Source: Candidatus Aenigmatarchaeota archaeon (GTDB taxonomy: Archaea; Aenigmatarchaeota; Aenigmatarchaeia; Aenigmatarchaeales; DAIDAN01). Taken from it: a DNA stretch of 54,558 nt. Below are positions 44,958-52,353 of the stretch, in pieces. Location of the stretch: positions 1-54,558 of the forward strand of contig JBAQNA010000004.1 in assembly GCA_049303335.1 (NCBI GenBank), read 5' to 3'. The notes beneath the pieces were generated by a model. It was not told the origin of the DNA, ran no database searches, and saw only the letters and a list, made by a program, of their open reading frames with translations. Each line of letters begins with the position of its first letter. Within the stretch, counting starts at the first letter, position 1. The translations under genes were made by a program, and so were the position numbers.

Positions 44958-45944
44958 ATGATATTTAGATTAAACAAAAACGGGTATAATATCACGAGGA
45001 TTAAAAGAAATAACCTATCTGAAATAGGATGGAAAGAAGCAGATTTCCAGAAGTTATTATTTGATAATCTGGAAAAAGTAATGCAAGATGAAGATTTAAT
45101 GTTGATAGCACAATCCAGAAAATGGCAAGAAGAACCTGACTTGATGGCAATTGATAGCAAAGGAGACTTATACATTTTTGAATTGAAGGCATGGGAATCC
45201 AAAGATTACAATCTTCTTCAAGCTCTACGATATGGACAAATTTACGGGCAATATTCATATGAATCTCTAAATGAACTTTTTTTAAAGTTTCCAGAACAGG
45301 ATAAAAAAAGTCTTTTAGACGCTTTAAATAGCAAGTTTGAGGTGAATCTTACTTCAGATAAAATAAATAAGAAACAACATTTTATAATAATAACTAACGG
45401 GATGGATTTTAAAACCCGTCAAGCTGCTTTGTATTGGGCTGATAAAGGAATCGATATAAAGAATTGGATATACCGAATATATAAAATAAATGAAGATATT
45501 CTCATTGAATTCGATACGTTTAGTATTGTTGAGAATCCTTTTGAAGATATTGAAGAAGGCTTTTGGATTTTGAATACTAATTATAGAAATAATATTTCTG
45601 ACGATAAGGATATGTTAGACAATCAAAAGGCTTCGGCTTTTTTTGACCCTTGGAAAAGGAATATTGAAAAGCTCCAAAAAGGCGATAGAGTTTTCTTATA
45701 TCGTTCTGGTGAAGGTATTGTTGCTAATGGAATTGTTTCTGGAAAATTGGAGAAGAAATCTCATGATGGAGAAGAAAATGAAGAATATTTTATGAAGTTA
45801 GACAAATTCAATAAATTAGAAAATCCAATACCAGCATCAGATGTAAAGAAGATTACTGGAATAAATTATAGATTTATGTCTACAATGTTTGCTATAGATA
45901 AAGAATCAGGTAATAAACTTTTGGAAAATATTAATAAAGCATAA
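44958..45944 (+). CDS. PD-(D/E)xK (NucS/DUF91-like) nuclease domain fused to an EVE/PUA-like domain; candidate modification-dependent nuclease
   Basis: N-terminus has PDLMAIDSKGDLYIFELKAWE...LLQALRY (D...ExK...Q). C-terminus has GFWILNTNY...LQKGDRVFLYRSGEGIVANGIVSG...MKLDKFNKLENPIPASDVKKI, an EVE-like beta-barrel pattern. AT-rich islet. Confidence 0.55.
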   Translation: MIFRLNKNGYNITRIKRNNLSEIGWKEADFQKLLFDNLEKVMQDEDLMLIAQSRKWQEEPDLMAIDSKGDLYIFELKAWESKDYNLLQALRYGQIYGQYSYESLNELFLKFPEQDKKSLLDALNSKFEVNLTSDKINKKQHFIIITNGMDFKTRQAALYWADKGIDIKNWIYRIYKINEDILIEFDTFSIVENPFEDIEEGFWILNTNYRNNISDDKDMLDNQKASAFFDPWKRNIEKLQKGDRVFLYRSGEGIVANGIVSGKLEKKSHDGEENEEYFMKLDKFNKLENPIPASDVKKITGINYRFMSTMFAIDKESGNKLLENINKA

Positions 45945-45957
45945 TCTTGTTATTTGT

Positions 45958-47445
45958 GTGGTCTTTATGCCGGAGAAAAAAGAAAGCAGATTGGAGCTGA
46001 TAGAATCGATAGCGAAGCGCAGGGGATTTTTCTGGCCTGCTGCGGAAATTTACGGGGGAATAGCAGGATTCTGGAATTACGGGCCGCTCGGCACGGCTTT
46101 GAAAAACAAACTCGTGCAGCAGTGGAGAAAGGAGTTTGTGAAAAACGAAGGGGCTCATGAAATTGAAACAACTGACATTCTTCCTGAAATCGTATGGGTC
46201 GCATCAGGGCATGCCGAAGGGTTCAATGACAAGCAAACCGTCTGCAAGAAATGCAAGAACAGGTTTCGCGCGGACCATCTGATAGAGGATATTGTAAAAG
46301 ACATAGAAAAACTTGAGGGAAAGTCCTGCGAGGAGCTCACTGAAATAATAAAAAACAAGAATATCAAGTGCCCGAAGTGCGGCGGGCAACTTGATGATGT
46401 GGCGATATTCAACCTTATGTTTGATATAAATCTCGGTCCGAAAGGGGAGATAAAATGCTATCTCAAGCCTGAGACAACGCAGTCTTCGGTTATAGATTTT
46501 CCGAACGTTTACAGGAGCCAGCGCGGAAAGCTGCCGATAAAAATAGCGCAAATCGGCAGGTCATTCAGAAATGAGATTTCCCCGCGACAGATTTTCATCA
46601 GGATGCGCGAGTTCAATATGGCCGAGCTGCAAATATTCTTCAATCCTGAAGAGACAAAATGGGACAGCTACAAGAGCATAAAGGACTTTAAAGTAAGAAT
46701 TCTGCCAGCATCAATGAGGGGAAAAGATGAGAAGGAAGCGGATGTAAAAATAGAAGAAGCTTTGAAAAAAGGCTGGATTCCGAACGAGCTGATAGCATAT
46801 TATATTGCAAAAGTTTTCATGTTCTTTGAAAATGTTTTGAAAATAGACAGGAAGTTTTTGCGCTTTAAAGAATTGCTGCCCGAGGAAAGGGCACACTACG
46901 CAAAAGTCCATTGGGATTTTGAAGTGTTCACGGAAGAGTTCGGGTGGAAGGAAAACGTCAACAACGCATGGAGAAGCGATTATGACTTGAAAAGACACCA
47001 GCAGTATTCAAAACAGAGCCTTGAGGTTTTCGAGAACGAGAAGCACGTCCTTCCGAATATGTACGAGCCTTCATTCGGGATAGACAGGATGATTCTGCAC
47101 CTGCTTCTGCACTCCTACAAGTCTGATGAAAAAAGGGTTTGGATGTCTTTGCCGAAAGAGCTTGCGCCTTTTTCCGCTGCAATCTTCCCGCTTGTGAACA
47201 AGGACGGGATTGACAAAAAAGCCGAGGAGATTTATGAAAGCCTGAAGAATGATTCTGATATTTTCTACGACGAGTCGGGCTCCATAGGCAGGCGGTACGC
47301 GCGCGCAGACGAGATTGGAATTCCTTTCTGCGTCACGATAGACCACCAGACTCTTGAGGACGGCACCGTAACAATCCGCGAGCGCGACACGACAAAGCAG
47401 GAAAGAGTTAAGATAGAAAAACTCAAGGAAATACTAAATGTGTGA
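45958..47445 (+). CDS. glyS: glycyl-tRNA synthetase (archaeal/eukaryotic alpha2 type)
   Basis: RRGFFWPAAEIYGGIAGFWNYGPLG, FRNEISPR (motif 2), and the C-terminal anticodon-binding domain. Confidence 0.92.
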   Translation: MVFMPEKKESRLELIESIAKRRGFFWPAAEIYGGIAGFWNYGPLGTALKNKLVQQWRKEFVKNEGAHEIETTDILPEIVWVASGHAEGFNDKQTVCKKCKNRFRADHLIEDIVKDIEKLEGKSCEELTEIIKNKNIKCPKCGGQLDDVAIFNLMFDINLGPKGEIKCYLKPETTQSSVIDFPNVYRSQRGKLPIKIAQIGRSFRNEISPRQIFIRMREFNMAELQIFFNPEETKWDSYKSIKDFKVRILPASMRGKDEKEADVKIEEALKKGWIPNELIAYYIAKVFMFFENVLKIDRKFLRFKELLPEERAHYAKVHWDFEVFTEEFGWKENVNNAWRSDYDLKRHQQYSKQSLEVFENEKHVLPNMYEPSFGIDRMILHLLLHSYKSDEKRVWMSLPKELAPFSAAIFPLVNKDGIDKKAEEIYESLKNDSDIFYDESGSIGRRYARADEIGIPFCVTIDHQTLEDGTVTIRERDTTKQERVKIEKLKEILNV

Positions 47446-47556
47446 TAAAATGGAAAATGTGGAAGTCGAATCGTTATGATGGCGACAGACTGACAATTGT
47501 TTATAAGAGCGTGAAATTAAAATTGGAATTCTATCCCACATATAGGAAATATTAAC

Positions 47557-48057
47557 TTATTCATAAAATATCTTGGAGTAAACCGGCAATCCGTCCTTTT
47601 CTGCCAGCGCTATAAAATAGCGTTCGTAAGCAGTAGCTCTAGGGTTGTCAAACTTTTTTGTAAAAGAATATGTAGAACCATGGTTTCCCCACAACTTCAA
47701 GTCAGGGAATTTGTTTTCAATATATTCCGGCAGCTTCCAGCCATTGCACTTTTCTTGCTGCCCAAAAACCTGCAATATCTCTACGGAAGATGGATTAATT
47801 ATCATTTTCTTTTTCAAAAGATTATTTATATTTACTTCCATCGTAGGGCGGGAAATTGTAATATTCTCGGACTTTCTCATACTTTTATATGTTGGTGCAT
47901 TACCGTTCTTATTTCTTTCTGCAATATATGAGAAGATTATTTCTATCGCTCCTGATAAAGAATTAAGCGCTTTGCCTATTTCCCATAACTGTAAACTACT
48001 AGATTTGTTCTTTATTTCTTCCAACACGACTGTCGTATAAGGTTTGCATGATTCCAT
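47557..48057 (-). CDS. hypothetical protein with a possible winged-helix region (AT-rich ORFan)
   Basis: Start is moved to MESCKPYTT (48057), and TATA-like aatttaaatt (48078-48087) lies about 26 nt upstream. The longer track ORF would overlap the divergent gene. Confidence 0.4.
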   Translation of the reverse strand: MESCKPYTTVVLEEIKNKSSSLQLWEIGKALNSLSGAIEIIFSYIAERNKNGNAPTYKSMRKSENITISRPTMEVNINNLLKKKMIINPSSVEILQVFGQQEKCNGWKLPEYIENKFPDLKLWGNHGSTYSFTKKFDNPRATAYERYFIALAEKDGLPVYSKIFYE

Positions 48058-48163
48058 AAAGAATTTTATAATACTCAAATTTAAATTCTTTTCGTTTAGG
48101 CAAATAGTATTTATCTTCTTCGCCCGCGAAATACTTTTATTTGCAAGAAACGGTTTCTTTGAA

Positions 48164-48958
48164 ATGATATTCTCACATTCCCGCCTTTCCTGCTTCGAGC
48201 AGTGCCCGCTGAAGTTCAGGTACAAATACATCGACAAAGTAAAGACCGAAACCGAGGAGACTATAGAAGCGTTTCTCGGAAAGCGCGTGCACGAGTCGCT
48301 GGAAAAGCTTTACCACGACTTGAAGCTGGAAAATATGAGAAGCCTGAACGAGATACTGGAATTTTTCAACTCAAGTTGGGAGAAGAATTGGGACGATAAC
48401 AAGGTTATCATAAACGGAAATATCGGGATTGAAGAGCGCAGAAACATGGGAGCGAAATTCCTGTCCGGCTACTACAACAGGCACAGCCCTTTCAACCATT
48501 CGCGTACGGTAGGACTTGAAATGCCAATCAAGGTTGACCTGAACGGGGACGGCAAATTCAGGATAAGGGGGTTTGTTGATCGGCTTTCGCTTTCAGGAAA
48601 CACAATAGAAATTCACGATTACAAAACAGGCTCGCGCCTGCCGTCCGCGGAGCATCTCGCGCAGGACAGGCAGCTTGCGCTTTACGCGATGGCAGCCAGA
48701 AAAATGCTGCCATTTGCAAATGAAATAAATCTTGTCTGGCATTTTCTCGCGTTCGACAGGGAAATCAGGACAATTCCGGATGAAAAGCATCTGGAGCAAG
48801 TCAAGTGCGACACAATAAGCCTCATAGAAAAAATAAATTCCGAAAAGGAGTTTCCCGCGAAAGAGTCCGCGCTGTGCGCTTGGTGCGAGTTCCAGCAGGT
48901 TTGCAGAAAACCGAAAGGCAGGAATCTGCAAGAGTATATTAAACTTCCAGCACAATAA
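48164..48958 (+). CDS. Cas4/RecB-like PD-(D/E)xK exonuclease with 4Fe-4S Cys motif (stand-alone)
   Basis: N-terminal FSHSRLSCFEQCPLKFRYKYI. GFVDRL...IEIHDYKTG (D...DxK). QLALY. C-terminal CAWCEFQQVC. Start at 48164, with ttttattt about 26 nt upstream. Confidence 0.8.
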   Translation: MIFSHSRLSCFEQCPLKFRYKYIDKVKTETEETIEAFLGKRVHESLEKLYHDLKLENMRSLNEILEFFNSSWEKNWDDNKVIINGNIGIEERRNMGAKFLSGYYNRHSPFNHSRTVGLEMPIKVDLNGDGKFRIRGFVDRLSLSGNTIEIHDYKTGSRLPSAEHLAQDRQLALYAMAARKMLPFANEINLVWHFLAFDREIRTIPDEKHLEQVKCDTISLIEKINSEKEFPAKESALCAWCEFQQVCRKPKGRNLQEYIKLPAQ

Positions 48959-48966
48959 TTAATCCT

Positions 48967-49575
48967 ATGCGCTATTATTCGCTTTATCTGGTCGGCATAT
49001 GCGTAATTGTTTTCGCACTGCAAAACATTTTTCCCGCGATTACGGACAATTTCTCGCTTGTTTCCGCAAGAGCGCTTAGCGAGCCTTGGATGTTTTTCAC
49101 CGCGATTTTCCTGCACGCGGACATAATGCACCTGCTTTACAACATGTTCGCGCTCGCGCTTTTCGGCTCTATGCTTGAGAAAATTGTCGGAGGCAGAAAC
49201 TTTTTGGCGATATTTATAATTTCAGGACTGATTGCATCGGCGGCCGCATTTTTCTTTTACGGCGCGTCGCTTGGCGCGAGCGGCGCGATTTTCGGGATTT
49301 TGGGAGCGCTCGCGGTATTGCGCCCGAGAATGACAATATGGCTTTACGTGCCTATGCCCATGTTTGTCGCAATCTTCGTCTGGGCTGCGCTGGATTTGAC
49401 GGGATTTCTCTATCCGAGCGGAATCGCGAACGCCGCGCACCTGGCTGGGCTTGGCGCGGGGCTGCTTTTCGGACTTGCGCTGAGAAAAAAGTTCGGAGAG
49501 CGTGCTCCAAAAAGAAGGCAGTATGAAATCGGCAGCGAGGAGTTCCGCAGATGGGAGGATGAATGGGTGAAGTAA
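48967..49575 (+). CDS. rhomboid-family intramembrane serine protease
   Basis: HADIMHLLYNM, catalytic GASGAIFG, and AHLAG (His) in the later TM helix. Confidence 0.88.
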   Translation: MRYYSLYLVGICVIVFALQNIFPAITDNFSLVSARALSEPWMFFTAIFLHADIMHLLYNMFALALFGSMLEKIVGGRNFLAIFIISGLIASAAAFFFYGASLGASGAIFGILGALAVLRPRMTIWLYVPMPMFVAIFVWAALDLTGFLYPSGIANAAHLAGLGAGLLFGLALRKKFGERAPKRRQYEIGSEEFRRWEDEWVK

Positions 49576-49576
49576 A

Positions 49577-50029
49577 CTATTTTTTTCTGAACAGCAGCCA
49601 GCTGTTTTTCGCGAACTTGGTTTTTATCAAAACATACTTTCCTTTCAGTTTCTTGCCGCGAAGTTCGAACACGATTTTGTCCTTGTGAACGCTTTCCGGA
49701 ACAAATTTTCCGCTGTCCCATATCTTCACAACTCCCGCGCCGTAAAGCCCTTCCGGTATCGTTCCGTGAAATTTTGCATATTCTATCGGATGGTCTTCCG
49801 TCTGGATCGCCAGCCTTTTTTCCCCGGAAAGCGGGACGCCTTTCGGCACTGCCCAGGATTTCAGGACGCCGCCAATCTCCAACCGGAAATCGTAATGCAA
49901 GTGCGAGGCATGATGTTCCTGAACCACGAAAATCGGGCTGCGGCTTGTATTTTCCTTTATCGCCGCGTTGCTTTTCGGCTCTGGCGATTTTGAGAAATTT
50001 CGTCTTTTTCTGTACTGTCCGAGTGTCAT
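49577..50029 (-). CDS. stand-alone DNA ligase D 3'-phosphoesterase (LigD-PE) domain protein
   Basis: FVVQEHHASHLHYDFRLE...SWAVPKG...EDHPIEY...G.G.VKIWDSG signature. Confidence 0.85.
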   Translation of the reverse strand: MTLGQYRKRRNFSKSPEPKSNAAIKENTSRSPIFVVQEHHASHLHYDFRLEIGGVLKSWAVPKGVPLSGEKRLAIQTEDHPIEYAKFHGTIPEGLYGAGVVKIWDSGKFVPESVHKDKIVFELRGKKLKGKYVLIKTKFAKNSWLLFRKK

Positions 50030-50097
50030 ACGGATTATTCGCAGAGAATAAAGATAAAGCTTGCTGCCCGATTCAAAATAAAGCTAAGTAAATAAAC

Positions 50098-50403
50098 TTA
50101 GAATAATCGCGGATAAGGCATATCAGAAAAATATTTCTCCCTGACATATTCCTTAAAATAAGGGGATATTATAAATTTTACCGTATCCACAAATTCTTTT
50201 ACTATTGGACGCATATTTCCAGGCAGACTGACAATCCTGTTTTTTTCTATATAATTCAACACATTATCGGCATATTCAATGCCATAATGCTTTTTCTGCC
50301 ACTCAATCTCATTATAGAATTTCATAAAGGCGCATTTTTCCAATAGTAAGAAAGCATACTCCGACGCTATGAAAGGAACACCAAATTTTTCTTGCCGTGT
50401 CAT
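50098..50403 (-). CDS. hypothetical protein (AT-rich ORFan)
   Basis: 101-aa intact ORF. No family recognised. Confidence 0.4.
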   Translation of the reverse strand: MTRQEKFGVPFIASEYAFLLLEKCAFMKFYNEIEWQKKHYGIEYADNVLNYIEKNRIVSLPGNMRPIVKEFVDTVKFIISPYFKEYVREKYFSDMPYPRLF

Positions 50404-50433
50404 AATCCATAATGGTGTTTTAAGTTTAAATGC

Positions 50434-51180
50434 TTATTTCTTCTCGTCCTTTCTCAGCTTCTCCACGATGTCGGAAATAGTGCGCACGTTGTCCGTCAGC
50501 TCCGGCAGGAAATCCTTGAACACTTTTTCTATGGAGCCGATTCTCGCCTCTATTCCGCCGATATGGCCGCCGTACTCGTCAAGCTTTCCAATAAACGTCT
50601 GCTCCGACTTGCTGACAAGCGCGCGCGCATCGTCAACCTGCTTTCTCAAGTCCTCTATCCTCTGGTCAAGCTGCTGGTCGCGCTGGTCGATTCCCGCTAT
50701 TCTTTTTTCAAACGACGTCCACCTTTCCGCAATCACGCCTTCTATCACTTCCTCCAAAGTTATTTCCGGTCCGCTTACCTGCTGCGGAACCTCGGGCTTT
50801 TCCGCGAACTGCTGCTGGTTTTCCTCGAACGTGAATTCCTGCGGCATATTCTGCTGCGGCGAGAAATCAAAGGACGGGGATTCCGAAAGCATCATAGGCT
50901 CTATGGCGGTCCTTACCTGCGGCCCCGGCACAACCCTCTCCGGCGGAGACGCGCGTGCTTGATTGTACTGCGGAAGCGTCACCGCGGACTTGATGGCCTG
51001 GGAAAGCGCCTTGTCTATCTGCATCGGCGAGAACCCCTGCGCCCTCAACTGCGAGATTATCTGCGGCTCGGGCATCCCCTGCGAGGCCATCTTCTGCACG
51101 ATGTCAACGGGAATGTATTCCTGCGGCGGCATCGAAGGCTGGAACCTTTGCGCAGGCTTTTTCTGGAAGAACAAAACCAT
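50434..51180 (-). CDS. coiled-coil protein with Pro/Gln-rich linker, function unknown
   Basis: 248 aa. The N-terminus has a small helical module (IVQKMASQGMPEPQIISQLRAQGFSPMQIDKAL). The C-terminus is a long heptad-like region. Confidence 0.5.
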   Translation of the reverse strand: MVLFFQKKPAQRFQPSMPPQEYIPVDIVQKMASQGMPEPQIISQLRAQGFSPMQIDKALSQAIKSAVTLPQYNQARASPPERVVPGPQVRTAIEPMMLSESPSFDFSPQQNMPQEFTFEENQQQFAEKPEVPQQVSGPEITLEEVIEGVIAERWTSFEKRIAGIDQRDQQLDQRIEDLRKQVDDARALVSKSEQTFIGKLDEYGGHIGGIEARIGSIEKVFKDFLPELTDNVRTISDIVEKLRKDEKK

Positions 51181-51299
51181 TGATAAAACCCCTTGAAATA
51201 TCGTCAGTCGCTGTTTTTATATAATTTCCTTGGTTAATAAATGTTTATATGGAATATCGCCGTCGTCCAAATTAGGAATTTTGTTTGCGGGATTATGCC

Positions 51300-51317
51300 T
51301 TTAAATCCTTTTCGGTG
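51300..51317 (+). promoter_or_regulatory. conserved TATA-proximal motif TTTAAATCCTTTTCGGTG (copy 2)
   Basis: Identical to 40579-40596. The ATG at 51330 follows after 12 nt. Confidence 0.55.
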
Positions 51318-51329
51318 TATAAGATAAAT

Positions 51330-51851
51330 ATGAGAGAAGAACAAAAAGAGAAAAAGTTTGCATTGCCGAATACCGACACAATTATAAAGATTCTGGAAAA
51401 GTCTAAGACTTCTCCTTTTAACGAGATAGGCGGGACTTTAACTAATCCTGAATATTCTTTATACGAAAGATTAAGAAAGTTTGCCACCGTTCTCGAAGTA
51501 AAAGACACGGAAATTAAAAAATATTATAAAAGCAAAGACAGAGATTTTTATAAAAAAGGTATTCCTCTTGGCGAGCCTGATGAAATTCTAATTAGCAAAG
51601 CAGGGGAGATTTGTGGTGGACACGACAGACAGGTGTTCAAAGATTCCATAGATTTGATAAGTCAGTACCTCAAAAAAGGCTATGAACTTTCTTACATTTA
51701 TTTAGAAGCGGAAAAAAGCGTGTTTGAAATGGACAGCCTTGCGCATATTTCTTTCGACAAAAGAGCCACAGAAATAAGATATAATGCAGAATTTGAAGAG
51801 AAGATAGCGCCTGTTTTAGAATTAATAGAAGCTTCAGTTCCGCTTTTGTAA
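51330..51851 (+). CDS. hypothetical protein (AT-rich ORFan)
   Basis: Start is placed at the ATG at 51330 (MREEQKEKK), because the track start at 51285 would lie upstream of the TATA motif. Confidence 0.45.
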   Translation: MREEQKEKKFALPNTDTIIKILEKSKTSPFNEIGGTLTNPEYSLYERLRKFATVLEVKDTEIKKYYKSKDRDFYKKGIPLGEPDEILISKAGEICGGHDRQVFKDSIDLISQYLKKGYELSYIYLEAEKSVFEMDSLAHISFDKRATEIRYNAEFEEKIAPVLELIEASVPLL

Positions 51852-51871
51852 TAGTTTAAGAATATAAAACA

Positions 51872-52255
51872 TTACTGCTCTTTCTTCTCCCTCATCATTC
51901 TCTCGACATCATCCTTTGTCACGAAGGAGCTTCTCATCGGATTGTAAAGGCTTAAAATGTTTTCAAGCTCGAGCACCTCGTTCTTCTTCACGGTCTTCCC
52001 CATGTCGCGCGCGATCTTGCTCACGTCGTTCTCGATTTTCATAACCCTTGCGTCCATTTCCCTTATTGCCGCCAGGACTTCCTCCGTTTTCAGCCTCGCG
52101 TTTTCCGCGTTCCGCAGAATCATGTCCTCCGCGGAGCCGATTTTCGTCTCGATTGCGCGGTTCCTCTCCTCCAGCACGCGAACCCTCCTGCCGTGCTCGT
52201 TCAGCCGCCGGACTATCTCGTCAAGCATCGTCTGCAGGTCTTTTGGCGTTGGCAT
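51872..52255 (-). CDS. coiled-coil protein, function unknown
   Basis: About 127 aa from the ATG at 52255 (MPTPKDLQ...). Helical, charged, heptad-like sequence. Confidence 0.45.
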   Translation of the reverse strand: MPTPKDLQTMLDEIVRRLNEHGRRVRVLEERNRAIETKIGSAEDMILRNAENARLKTEEVLAAIREMDARVMKIENDVSKIARDMGKTVKKNEVLELENILSLYNPMRSSFVTKDDVERMMREKKEQ

Positions 52256-52353
52256 GAAAGTCAACCTTTATCAGAAAGCTGTTTTCCTTATTTATTTATT
52301 CCACCACTAATATATGTTTACCGGCTATTAAGCGTTATTAAAAGGTATTTGCC

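Noticed and set aside
43597-45202. Minus-strand ORFs 43597-44364, 43779-44171, 44413-44820 and 44519-45202
   Set aside because: They are antisense to the XPD helicase and have no motifs. 44519-45202 also runs across a compositional boundary, which is implausible for a real gene.
47476-47493. C/D-box sRNA-like elements (atgatgg ... ctga) in the glyS downstream spacer
   Set aside because: The C- and D-like boxes are only 7 nt apart. There is no C'/D' pair, no terminal stem and no guide-length spacing.
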